Below, in pieces: positions 9,490 through 18,841 of a DNA stretch of 34,525 bases (positions are counted from its first letter, which is position 1; every line of letters starts with the position of its first letter). Source of the stretch: a virus (taxonomy: Duplodnaviria > Caudoviricetes); the IMG/VR virus record IMGVR_UViG_3300030376_007063, positions 1-34,525 of that record. One strand, written 5' to 3'. The notes under the pieces are model-generated. The model saw nothing but the letters and a program-made list of their open reading frames with translations, was not told where the DNA came from and searched no databases. The position numbers were made by a program, and so were the translations under genes.

Positions 9490-12400
9490 CTAACTAAAGC
9501 TTAGTGTTAATGAAGTAACTGGTGAAGGATCACCCTTGTATCTAATTATCACGTACAGTTCATTATCTGTATTATCAATATACATTCCATCTGCATTTCT
9601 TACTGGAACAGTATAAGTTGTAGATGAAACACTACCACCAGTATTTCCGTATAAATCTATATTACTAGAAAATGGATTCTTATGGTTGTCATTAGATACT
9701 CCAGCTTCAATCAAGTTACTAGTAGTTTTGGTTGGATCAAATATTCTACAAGTTGATATGCTTGTATTTCCACCTGCGCTTGTTCCACTTTTTAATATCA
9801 AACCTACTGCAACTCCATTACTAGTAGAATCCCAATTTTGCAATGCTGTTCCTACATTTACTGTCATACTTGTTTTAGTTCCACTTGTTTGAAACCTTCT
9901 TATATAATACTTGTAAGTTCCACTACCATAGTTTGACGGATACCAATACCTATACGTTCCTCCTGGATCAACCAAAAACCCTGGTTTAACTTGTAAGTCA
10001 TAATCAGCAAGTATTCCACCCACCTGAAATGTTGTTGTAAAGGCATCTCCTGCAAATGAAGTTACATTATTATTTAACTGTATTCTAAAATCTTCTCCAA
10101 AAAATGTTTCTTGTGTTCCATCTAAATCTCCACCATCGTATCCTTGTGCTCTTCCGAATATTCCTAAACTTCCACTTGCTGTTGGTTGTCCAAAAGCTCC
10201 TGCAACATGGTAACTAATATTTTGTGTATCCAATGTAGATTGGTCTGCTTCTCTGTTTCTTGCCTTTACCAAAACGTTAAAAGAAGTATCAGTAAACGTC
10301 GAAGATTGTTGTATATTATCTGATGTTCCACTATCGTAACTAACTGAAGCTGTTACTATAACAATGTCATCGTGTCTTGGTACTCCACTATTTACTGCAG
10401 TAGTTCCATCACTTTGAAATACTTTTCCACTCGTCTGTATTGTTCCGCCATTTGTAGAAACGGTATCTCCACTTAATGACACACTACCAACACCTACAGA
10501 AGTTGTTGTCATATCTACTAATGTTGTTGATCCTGCATACATTGGACTAAACAATCCAGTTATTTTTGTCGATACTTCATACGTAGCGTCTATTAAATAT
10601 GGAGCCCCACTTAAACTTCTAGATGTAGCAGTTAAAGCCTTATGAGTTGTTCCAGTATCTGATAGTGAATTTACACCTATTGCATTATTGATTGCCGTTC
10701 TTGGTGCATAAAAGTAATTTCTATTGGTCCCATTTACAAATTGAAAATTTCCAGAACCAGATGCCATTCCAACCTTTAAATCATGAAAATTATAATATCC
10801 ACTTGAAGATATACTTGAAAACTCCTTCTTCGTTGCATGATATTTTCTTGACAAAGAACCGCTCATTTGTGATGATCCACCTACATTTGCAAATTTTCCA
10901 TCTTGAAATGCAGCTGGAATAACTGCAGGTTGTGACGTATTAATTTTTGCAAGGGTCAAACCATTTGATGAGCCGAATGATGTGGTAGATAAATCTAATA
11001 CAGATTCTGTTGTAAACGTATTTGAAGTTTTATTTGGTGAAGTATTACTGGAATTATCACTAAACGATTGTGTTGCATGAACTCTTACTTTAAACTCTGT
11101 TGCTGCACCACTTGTCAAACCACCCAAACCAAATAACTCTGAGTCAACGGAAGAACTAATAGTTGTAGATCCTCCACTGTTAGAATCAAAATCTACAAAG
11201 TAATCGTCATTGTTATAAATGCTTATGCCATCAAAAACCTTTGCGCCAACACTTGTCCAACCTTTCGAAACCAAATAATCTAATGTGGCATTACTCAATG
11301 CAGCATAATTCTGTGGAACCCTACCGGATATTTGATTTGCAGTTCCACCTAAATTATTGTTGTTTGTGTCGACACTTGCAAATGTTTTTGTGTTTGGAGA
11401 TGCATCTGCAACATCAAGAGAATGACTTAGCACTCCAGACATGAACCTTAATATTTCACTCACATGTGTTGAATTGTCAAAATTGTTAAAATAGCTTCCT
11501 TCTAAATTTGAGCCCCAATTATTTGATGTTGGATAACCATTTTGAACATTATCTGCAAATATTGCAGTTGACTGGGTTGTAGCAGCTGCAACACGAATCG
11601 ATCCAGTAAATCTATGTGTATCGTCACTGGTATCGCCAAACATTGTAGAGCCACTAGAAAACGAAGTGGTCATATGAGTTACAGAAGAACTAACTATAAA
11701 TTGTTGAGCAGTTAAATTTCCCTTAATATCTACTGATCCAGTTATTGCCAAATCATTTGTTGTAGATTGTATAGATCCAGTTTCTCTAAATATTCCTGAA
11801 GAGATTCCAGTCAATTGAGAACCATCACCCATGTAAGTACCGAATGATGCCGTTGATTCTGCTGAGCCACTTATTTTTGTTGCGGCTGGAAATAAAACAT
11901 TATCAGCAGAAGCATCCGTTTTAAAAAGAATATCGTTATCATTATCTTTGACAATAAAATCAACATTGTTCGCACCATTATTAATAGTGACCTCATGTGG
12001 CTGGCTACCCTTTTTCTGCACTTTAATTAAAGAAATACCACCTGCTTCAAGTTGAATTATGTCATCTAAAAAGTTTATTCTTGTATCAGCATCATCATTA
12101 TGTGTGATGAATTGACCAACTGTTACGCCATCAAACGATGGTGATGTGGATGTTGCAATATCTACTGTTACTGCTTGTGATCCATCAAAGGATACATCTG
12201 TAAAATCTATGTTGTTTCCAGATGTCAACGTAATTGGGTTTCCCAAACTACTAGCAGCACCTCCAGTTCCATTAGAACCTCCACCAGTATTTTGTATTAC
12301 CCTAATAGAATTTGTACCGTCGTCACCAATATCCGTAATTGGTAAAACGTCAACATCTGTTTCGTTTGTAACCAATAATTGTTTTGGTGTTATAAATTTT

Positions 12401-13116
12401 TCTGTGTTTACAGGATTAAACTGTTCAGGAAGCAAGTAACCTTTAAGTGTTACAGAAAAATTAGTTTTTATATTTCTTCTGTTTTCTTCATATTCACTAT
12501 TGTCTTCAAAGCTATCTATGGTTGCCCTAAATCTAAATTTTCCTGGTTCTCCCCAGTATGAACCCTCTGCCCAATTTATTCGTTCAACAATGCTGTTCAT
12601 TTGGTCTGTAAAACTTGTCCAAATAATAAAATCATAATTTAACGTTACGTAATCTGGAACAGATACAGCATACATTTCACGTTTAGGTGATATTCCCTTC
12701 GAAGCAGATAATTTATCATATCTGTTTTCTCGTGTATAGTTTGCTTGATATGTTTGAAACAATTTTGGCTGTTGAGGATCTAACTTATCAACAGGAATGG
12801 TTTCGTCCTTTGCCATAGAAGTACGTCTAAACGCAATGGCTGGTACTATAATTTTTCTTTTGTTATCCCTTAAAAATCCTTGTCTTTGAAGGGCAACAAA
12901 TCTCTCTGGATTGGCATACATTAATGGAACTTTTACACGTTCACCAGCTTCCATAACTTCTGGTTTTATTACGTTTTCAAAGTAATAATGTAAAGCACTA
13001 TCTATATCTAACAGATTAACGTGTTTACTTTTTACGCTATCATTTTCCCTAGATAGTTCTCTTCCTCTATTTACCTTTTCTGGTAATGTTTGCCTATTCA
13101 ATGGTTTTTTAGACAT
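9490..13116 (-). CDS. T4 gp15-like tail terminator domain fused to a long fibre-like/beta-rich extension (1208 aa)
   Basis: The first ~250 aa (DID..YYFENVIKP, KVPLMYANPERF, VPDYVTLNYDFIIWT..QMNSIVE) resemble the gp15 family, and the gene follows gp13/gp14-like genes. The remainder is S/T/G-rich. TAATG coupling at 13116. Confidence 0.65.
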   Translation of the reverse strand: MSKKPLNRQTLPEKVNRGRELSRENDSVKSKHVNLLDIDSALHYYFENVIKPEVMEAGERVKVPLMYANPERFVALQRQGFLRDNKRKIIVPAIAFRRTSMAKDETIPVDKLDPQQPKLFQTYQANYTRENRYDKLSASKGISPKREMYAVSVPDYVTLNYDFIIWTSFTDQMNSIVERINWAEGSYWGEPGKFRFRATIDSFEDNSEYEENRRNIKTNFSVTLKGYLLPEQFNPVNTEKFITPKQLLVTNETDVDVLPITDIGDDGTNSIRVIQNTGGGSNGTGGAASSLGNPITLTSGNNIDFTDVSFDGSQAVTVDIATSTSPSFDGVTVGQFITHNDDADTRINFLDDIIQLEAGGISLIKVQKKGSQPHEVTINNGANNVDFIVKDNDNDILFKTDASADNVLFPAATKISGSAESTASFGTYMGDGSQLTGISSGIFRETGSIQSTTNDLAITGSVDIKGNLTAQQFIVSSSVTHMTTSFSSGSTMFGDTSDDTHRFTGSIRVAAATTQSTAIFADNVQNGYPTSNNWGSNLEGSYFNNFDNSTHVSEILRFMSGVLSHSLDVADASPNTKTFASVDTNNNNLGGTANQISGRVPQNYAALSNATLDYLVSKGWTSVGAKVFDGISIYNNDDYFVDFDSNSGGSTTISSSVDSELFGLGGLTSGAATEFKVRVHATQSFSDNSSNTSPNKTSNTFTTESVLDLSTTSFGSSNGLTLAKINTSQPAVIPAAFQDGKFANVGGSSQMSGSLSRKYHATKKEFSSISSSGYYNFHDLKVGMASGSGNFQFVNGTNRNYFYAPRTAINNAIGVNSLSDTGTTHKALTATSRSLSGAPYLIDATYEVSTKITGLFSPMYAGSTTLVDMTTTSVGVGSVSLSGDTVSTNGGTIQTSGKVFQSDGTTAVNSGVPRHDDIVIVTASVSYDSGTSDNIQQSSTFTDTSFNVLVKARNREADQSTLDTQNISYHVAGAFGQPTASGSLGIFGRAQGYDGGDLDGTQETFFGEDFRIQLNNNVTSFAGDAFTTTFQVGGILADYDLQVKPGFLVDPGGTYRYWYPSNYGSGTYKYYIRRFQTSGTKTSMTVNVGTALQNWDSTSNGVAVGLILKSGTSAGGNTSISTCRIFDPTKTTSNLIEAGVSNDNHKNPFSSNIDLYGNTGGSVSSTTYTVPVRNADGMYIDNTDNELYVIIRYKGDPSPVTSLTLSFS

Positions 13117-13601
13117 TAACTAGACCTCACTCGTTCTATATTCAATCTAGAAACCTCGGATAGATATGCAGTACAAACAACTGAATGATTATTTTCTTGC
13201 ATTCCAGCTATCAACTGGTTTTCGTTTATTGAAGCTATTTCAAAATTTGCGTAATTCCACTCTATTAAATCTCCAATATCTGGAACATAACTTGCATCTG
13301 TCAATGACTGTCTTAAGAAAGAGAAAGATACATCTTGATTTGCATCTGGTCCGAACTCATTTGTTTCAAAATCAAAATCTTGAGCTTCTATTATGCAGTT
13401 CAATCTGATACCTTTCTGATATGTTCTACCACTAGAAGACTCACCATATAGGTTAACATTTGTTTCATAAACTGATACTTTATATGCAGTGACTATTTGA
13501 TTTATAATACCATCTTTAGAAGCCTTAGCGTTACCCACTAATTCTTTATTAACAGTATCGAAAAATTCTAAGTCTCTAGATCTTACAAATCTTCCAGCCA
13601 T
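13116..13601 (-). CDS. Neck / head-closure protein, T4 gp14-like
   Basis: NLYGES, FG.D and PDIGDLI...FEI motifs characteristic of gp14-like proteins; synteny after the gp13-like gene. Confidence 0.65.
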   Translation of the reverse strand: MAGRFVRSRDLEFFDTVNKELVGNAKASKDGIINQIVTAYKVSVYETNVNLYGESSSGRTYQKGIRLNCIIEAQDFDFETNEFGPDANQDVSFSFLRQSLTDASYVPDIGDLIEWNYANFEIASINENQLIAGMQENNHSVVCTAYLSEVSRLNIERVRSS

Positions 13602-13605
13602 TCCA

Positions 13606-14760
13606 TTATCCTACGTAGATTAATAGTGGCACTTTAGTAAGTTTCTCCTGTAACCTAGTACTTTCTTCGCTATCAGCTTCCATCATCATCTTTCTACTAG
13701 TTTGTTCTAGGGTCTCTCTTAATTCAGTTATTAGTCCTTCCTTTTCAGTAGCAGCTTCAGATCTTAGAGTGTCTCCATCCATCGATACTTCTGAATTTGG
13801 AATAGGAATACTGCCAAACTTACTCCTAATATTTCCAAGAAGTTCCTTACACAGTGCTAAACCATATTTTCTAATCCATTGTTTTCCTACATCATTAATA
13901 TACTGATATTGCATATTGCTATACGGTGCATTTGAGTAATCAGATATTACATCAGCTGATCCACTTACTCCATTAACAATGAGAGCATTGTCACGATCAG
14001 ACGTTAATATGTAATCAAAATGTAGCTTTGTATTATCTTTTGGTATTGGAAATATTCTAATTTTATTGTTGATAAGTGTAAAAGAATATGCAGACTTTCT
14101 AATCTGATCATTAAATTCTATGGATTGCATCCTAAGTAGATCTTCAAATACCGGCATTAATACGAATGAAACTGCTGGAGAATAATCACCAAATCCAAAT
14201 CCTTCTACAAAGTTAGCAGTTCCATAACCAGTTGTTGAATATGGATCAAAGTATTTTGTAACTGCTGCAGGAGGATCGTGATATACTTTCTTTATTTCTA
14301 TAGCATTACCAGATTCTGATACATTTGCCCAAAGTGCATTTAGGTCATAATCTTGACTTCCACTTGAAACATTAATGCTTCCCTTCTTCCAATCAACAAA
14401 CCCACCAGCTCCAGCTTCTGTACCATATTGTTGACTTAAAAATACTGTTCTTCCAAGAGTTGGTGTTACCCTCTTTCCAGTTAGTTCAGAGCCAGTGCTT
14501 TGACCCTGTAAATGTAATAAGTTATCTCGTATGTTAAACTGGTTTACTTGAGAGCTATATTCAGTTACGGCTTCTTCTAAACATGCGTAAAATGAACCCG
14601 ATTGTAGTTCTACATCTACTATAGGATAACCTAGTCTTTTAGCAGCCCAATCTGCAAATTGATCAGCTGATGAAGTAAATTCCGTATCAGTATCGTAAAA
14701 TCCATACGGTGTTTCACCAGTCGAGAATGAACTACTACCTTGCCAAATAGCTACGGCCAT
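13606..14760 (-). CDS. Neck / head-tail adaptor protein, T4 gp13-like
   Basis: RLGYPIVDVEL, WIRKYGLALCKELLGNIRSKF and ..IP..V..DGD.L motifs. Start corrected from 14826 to the ATG at 14760 (MAVAIWQ), which has a GGAG SD at 14769-14772. Confidence 0.8.
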   Translation of the reverse strand: MAVAIWQGSSSFSTGETPYGFYDTDTEFTSSADQFADWAAKRLGYPIVDVELQSGSFYACLEEAVTEYSSQVNQFNIRDNLLHLQGQSTGSELTGKRVTPTLGRTVFLSQQYGTEAGAGGFVDWKKGSINVSSGSQDYDLNALWANVSESGNAIEIKKVYHDPPAAVTKYFDPYSTTGYGTANFVEGFGFGDYSPAVSFVLMPVFEDLLRMQSIEFNDQIRKSAYSFTLINNKIRIFPIPKDNTKLHFDYILTSDRDNALIVNGVSGSADVISDYSNAPYSNMQYQYINDVGKQWIRKYGLALCKELLGNIRSKFGSIPIPNSEVSMDGDTLRSEAATEKEGLITELRETLEQTSRKMMMEADSEESTRLQEKLTKVPLLIYVG

Positions 14761-14775
14761 GATAATATCTCCAAT

Positions 14776-14800
14776 TGAAAACGTTTTCAGGTATAAATAT
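14776..14800 (-). promoter_or_regulatory. Putative late-promoter motif plus 14-bp palindrome TGAAAACGTTTTCA
   Basis: TATAAATAT at 14792-14800, just downstream of the capsid terminator. Perfect palindrome at 14776-14789. Confidence 0.6.
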
Positions 14801-14824
14801 CGTGTTACTGCATTAAATAAGGGC

Positions 14825-14863
14825 AATAAAAAAGGGCTCCAGTAATAGGAACCCTTTTTTATT
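14825..14863 (-). terminator. Rho-independent terminator after major capsid gene
   Basis: Minus-strand RNA forms GGGUUCC-UAUUACU-GGAGCCC followed by UUUUUU. A/T tracts flank both sides. Confidence 0.85.
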
Positions 14864-14889
14864 TTGGTCTAAAAATCTAAAAAATTAGA

Positions 14890-16515
14890 TTACACAAGAC
14901 CTGAGTCAGCAACGTTGACCAAACCATAGAACTCGCTTCTTACCATTTTCTTGGCATAACGAGTCATTACACCTCTACGTGGTGTAAAGTTGGTTGGATC
15001 GTAGACAACTGGTGTCAAGATTAACGGCACATATGGTGCATATACAGCACCTGTTTCTAAGAACTGTGCTCCCCTGAATCCACAAAGAATCTGATCATCT
15101 TGTAGATATGGGTTCTTGTACACGTTGAAACGATTGTTCAACAAACCGATTTTTTGCACGCCCATAGCGTATGACTTAGTAACGTCACCATCACTATCTG
15201 TAGCAAAACCAGGAATAGACTCAAGAATAGTAGCAACTTCAGGTGAAATCACGATGAAGTTAGCACCACCACGTAGTGTCTTTTTATGGATTGCATTAGA
15301 TACTGCTTGTATCTTGTTACCAAGAGTTTGGAACCACTCGCCTTTTGTATAAGCGGATGCGTTAGCACCAGTTTCAGAGAATATAGAATTCGCTGAATCA
15401 TACTCATACCCGACTTTGGCAGACCAGTTTTCAGTCTTAGCAGAAGCATTAGACTTCAACATGTCAATGATCTCTAGATCAATTTCCATGGTCACGTACT
15501 CAGACAGCAATGCTGTCAATTCGGCCTCAGCGTCTACCGCGTGGTATGCGTTGAGGTCTTGTGCTAGTTCTGGTGTCCAGATAGCTTTTAACTTACGAGT
15601 TTTCGCTGTAATAGCGATAGATCTCATTTGTATATCAACTTCTGGTATACCAACATTAGCTTCTTCAGGATTAGATCCTTCAGAGTTTGATGATACTTCA
15701 AAATCACCACGAGTCGTATCTGTTGGAGCTTTATGATAAGCTACATGGATAGCCTCATCAGATCCAGAAAGATTCGCCTGTACTGGATCAACAATAAAGT
15801 TGATATGTCCAGTAGATGAATTATAGCTTGTAAAAGCAGGATAAAATGCAGTTAGGCTGTTAATGCCAGAACCTGTAATTGCAAATGCTTTTACACCGTC
15901 TAGATCGGGTGCGGTTAACTGTGATGATGAGACAATAAGCTTGACTAAGCTACCTGCTGCAGCACTTGCAGAAAGGTTAGCGTCAAATCTTACGTCTGCT
16001 ACTGAAACAGAAGCAGTTGTATAGAATACATCAGCTTTTGTGTCATTGATTGAGTAACCCCATTTTCCTGCGCCATAAAGGCCACCTGCAGGATCGCCAG
16101 AAGCGGAGGTGTTACCGTGTAAGTCAGCGCCTTTACTATGTAAAGCACCGCCTTGTTGTGTTGAACCATACTTAAAGTCTAAGTAAAAAATTAGACCAGA
16201 AGGTAGATTCATAGGCTGAACAGAAACAAATTCCTGTGCAGAGAGTTCAGCAAAAATTCTACGAACTAGAGGTAGAGCAACACCGCTCCACTGTTCTTGG
16301 TTTGCAGAAGTTCCCACGTTTGAAGCTTCGTCGATTAACTGCTTTGCTTGGTTTTCAAGCAATACAGACATACCTGTTACTTCAGATTCATTTTTTAGTC
16401 CTTCTAGGAGACCTGTTGGTTCCCACTTATTGACCAATTTACGTGAGGAAGCTAAAAGCTCATTGTGAGGATTGTATCCGCCCATTACGTCTTTTATTTC
16501 ATTTTTGAAAGACAT
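14890..16515 (-). CDS. gp23: Major capsid protein, T4 gp23 family
   Basis: KW..TGLLEGL, LPLVRR, VQPMNLPSGLIFYL, AKTRKLKA.WTPELAQDLNAYHAVDAEAEL, YAPYVPL and F.PR.GVMTRY motifs; GGAG SD. Confidence 0.97.
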   Translation of the reverse strand: MSFKNEIKDVMGGYNPHNELLASSRKLVNKWEPTGLLEGLKNESEVTGMSVLLENQAKQLIDEASNVGTSANQEQWSGVALPLVRRIFAELSAQEFVSVQPMNLPSGLIFYLDFKYGSTQQGGALHSKGADLHGNTSASGDPAGGLYGAGKWGYSINDTKADVFYTTASVSVADVRFDANLSASAAAGSLVKLIVSSSQLTAPDLDGVKAFAITGSGINSLTAFYPAFTSYNSSTGHINFIVDPVQANLSGSDEAIHVAYHKAPTDTTRGDFEVSSNSEGSNPEEANVGIPEVDIQMRSIAITAKTRKLKAIWTPELAQDLNAYHAVDAEAELTALLSEYVTMEIDLEIIDMLKSNASAKTENWSAKVGYEYDSANSIFSETGANASAYTKGEWFQTLGNKIQAVSNAIHKKTLRGGANFIVISPEVATILESIPGFATDSDGDVTKSYAMGVQKIGLLNNRFNVYKNPYLQDDQILCGFRGAQFLETGAVYAPYVPLILTPVVYDPTNFTPRRGVMTRYAKKMVRSEFYGLVNVADSGLV

Positions 16516-16528
16516 GATCGTTTCTCCA

Positions 16529-17632
16529 TTAAATAATGTTAGCTAGTTTCTTCATACGGGATTGAAAATCCGTACTTTCACCGATTATTGATACTTTCTT
16601 GGACTCTGTAGAAGCTACGGGTTTAGACGCTTTGCTTACACGCTTTGCAGATTCATTAACAGCAACACGTTTCATTGACTCAGCAAATGTAGTATAAACA
16701 AGTTTAACTTCGCGTACGTTAGCAGCTCTGTCAAACTGTTCAATTACTTTCATCTTTTGAGCTTCAGATACATTTCTGCTTCTGAATAGCTTGTTTGTGT
16801 AAAGCAATTTAGCGTTAAGAAGATTAACTTCAGAAAGCTTATCTTTAAGATAAGATACTGTCTGCTTGTACTCATCGAGTTCAGCAGCAGGTACCATAGC
16901 TTCTTCAGCTTTTTCTTCTTCGTCTTCGTCTTCCATACCTTCTTCTTCAGATAGCGCTTTAATGATTTCATCAAGATCGACTTCTTCTTCTTCGTCTTCC
17001 ATCCCTTTTTCTTCTTTCATATCTTCGTCTTCATCGTCCATGTGTGCACCTTCTTCCATCTCTTCTTCATCTTTCATGTGCTCACCTTCTTCGATTTCAT
17101 CGTCTTCATCATTCATTTCAGCTTCTAACTGTCGTAGTACTTCTTCGAGGTCTTCGTCTTCGTCTTCCATATGTCCCATCTCGTCCATTTCCATGTCTTC
17201 GTCGTCCATATGTTCGCCTTCTTTGACTTCTTCGTCCTCGTCTTCCATACCATATCCTTCGCCCATAGCTTGATCAGGGGCTTTTTCAAGATTCTCATCT
17301 TCATTGCCACCTTCTTCATCACTACCTTCGGCTTCAGGACCTTGTCCAATACCAGAAGTATCGCCTGCATCACCTGCAGGTTCTTTATTATCACTAGATC
17401 CGATTTCTGAAGTGTCCATTTCTTCATCCATTTTTTCTTCATCGTCTTCACCGTGATAACCTTCATCGGCTTTTTCCTCATCGTCGCCTTCCATTTCAGC
17501 TTGTAGCTTCTTAGAAAGCATTGATTTCAGATGCGGGGTAAAGGCCTCTTCGAGGGCTATCTTAGCATTTGCCAATGCGGTTTCGCGTACTGCTTTAGCG
17601 TCAGCAATTGCTTCTTTTAATAGTTTATCCAT
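16529..17632 (-). CDS. Prohead core / scaffolding protein (highly acidic)
   Basis: Directly upstream of the major capsid gene. Long D/E/M-rich tract with coiled-coil ends (LSEVNLLNAKLLY; RMKKLANI); GGGAG SD. Confidence 0.8.
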   Translation of the reverse strand: MDKLLKEAIADAKAVRETALANAKIALEEAFTPHLKSMLSKKLQAEMEGDDEEKADEGYHGEDDEEKMDEEMDTSEIGSSDNKEPAGDAGDTSGIGQGPEAEGSDEEGGNEDENLEKAPDQAMGEGYGMEDEDEEVKEGEHMDDEDMEMDEMGHMEDEDEDLEEVLRQLEAEMNDEDDEIEEGEHMKDEEEMEEGAHMDDEDEDMKEEKGMEDEEEEVDLDEIIKALSEEEGMEDEDEEEKAEEAMVPAAELDEYKQTVSYLKDKLSEVNLLNAKLLYTNKLFRSRNVSEAQKMKVIEQFDRAANVREVKLVYTTFAESMKRVAVNESAKRVSKASKPVASTESKKVSIIGESTDFQSRMKKLANII

Positions 17633-17638
17633 TTGGAT

Positions 17639-17740
17639 TCTCCCTTAAAGAGATTATATAGTTATTAGGGAACTATAATCTGATTCGATTAATTTGGAAC
17701 ACCTAACGAATGTAGGTGCATTTGGTTTTTATATAAGTAT
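17639..17740 (-). promoter_or_regulatory. Structured 5' leader of scaffold-capsid operon (promoter-motif variant plus two hairpins)
   Basis: TATAAGTAT at 17732-17740; hairpin CACCTA/TAGGTG at 17700-17718; 11-bp bulged hairpin at 17651-17681 whose loop CCCU complements the SD AGGG. Confidence 0.5.
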
Positions 17741-17752
17741 GGTATAATATAT

Positions 17753-17950
17753 TTAAAGTTCAGCTTTTTTTGACCTAATTTGTGCCCGTAATCTACCCTT
17801 AGCTCGTCTATCTCTCTTTAGTGCTGAAGGTTTGACATAAAATTGTCTTTGTTGTAATTCATGCAGTATGCCTGAATCTTTTACCTTTTTCTTGAACTTT
17901 CTAATTGCGAATTCGTATTTGTTGTTTATAACCTTAACTGATATTGCCAT
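17753..17950 (-). CDS. rpsU: Phage-encoded 30S ribosomal protein bS21
   Basis: 65-aa basic protein matching the bS21 pattern V.V......A(I/L)R(K/R)FK......G.L.E...R.FY.KPS..KR; AGGT SD. Confidence 0.92.
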   Translation of the reverse strand: MAISVKVINNKYEFAIRKFKKKVKDSGILHELQQRQFYVKPSALKRDRRAKGRLRAQIRSKKAEL

Positions 17951-17959
17951 TTTTTACCT

Positions 17960-18841
17960 TTATAAATTATTTTTAATCCAATTTTCTTTGATTTCTCTAA
18001 AATTTACTGTTTCTGATTTACGTTGTTTATTTTGATCTCCACCAAAGGCACCACTAGCTGTTGATACTCCTATACCATAATTTGCCTTTTCACCATCCTG
18101 GTATATGTTACCTTCTGAATCAACACCCATCATCATTCCATCATCACTATCTTTCCATACAACAATAGTTTCACCGTTATCTGCTTTCATTTTTCCTTGC
18201 AATTCTAACCTATTCGGAACATCTTCGTAATCATCTCCACCAATTGCCTGTTGCATTCCTTGTTGCATTCTATTTATGTCTTTATCGTTTTCAACTGGCT
18301 CAAATTCTTGATCATCTCTAGCCTGTTGTCTTGCACCTTCTTTTTCTGAAAAATCTTTTATGGCTTGTTTTATATCACCAATAGTCATTGGTTTATCTGG
18401 ATTTATTGATGCAACAGTAGTATCGTCATATTTTGATGAAACTAAATCAGCATCGTCCCAATATACCTCTTCATCACCCATAATATCTTTTATTTCTGGA
18501 TCCTTCATTATGATGTTTTTGATTTCTTCTCTGCCTATTTCCAACCCGTTTGGTCCAGTAATTTCTCGTTCATCATCGCTAGAAGGTTTTGCTTTAGGTT
18601 CATCTGCTGGTTCATCTGCGGGTTTATCAAAAATATTAACTCCCTTTTTTGCAGCTCCATCTCCACTATCTACTTGCTTATCGTATTCTATCTTAGCTGG
18701 ATGATCTGCTGCCATTCTCTTTGCAGCTTTAGCAGACATTTCCTTTTGTTCACCATCATTATCTTTGTACTTAATAACTGCGTCGTCGTCTATCTCATTG
18801 ATGACACCATACATTGATTGATAAAACTCTTTAAGATGCAT
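17960..18841 (-). CDS. Acidic hypothetical protein, possible internal head protein (293 aa)
   Basis: TAATG coupling, head-gene cluster position, N-terminal LKE...INE segment. Confidence 0.75.
   Translation of the reverse strand: MHLKEFYQSMYGVINEIDDDAVIKYKDNDGEQKEMSAKAAKRMAADHPAKIEYDKQVDSGDGAAKKGVNIFDKPADEPADEPKAKPSSDDEREITGPNGLEIGREEIKNIIMKDPEIKDIMGDEEVYWDDADLVSSKYDDTTVASINPDKPMTIGDIKQAIKDFSEKEGARQQARDDQEFEPVENDKDINRMQQGMQQAIGGDDYEDVPNRLELQGKMKADNGETIVVWKDSDDGMMMGVDSEGNIYQDGEKANYGIGVSTASGAFGGDQNKQRKSETVNFREIKENWIKNNL

Noticed and set aside
14761-14826. Track N-terminal extension of the neck protein (MPLFNAV...)
   Set aside because: It overlaps the terminator tail, promoter motif and palindrome. 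The ATG at 14760 has a GGAG SD.
16750-17481. Overlapping ORFs within the scaffold gene (poly-Ser, Lys-rich)
   Set aside because: They are by-products of the GAA/GAC/GAT low-complexity acidic tract.
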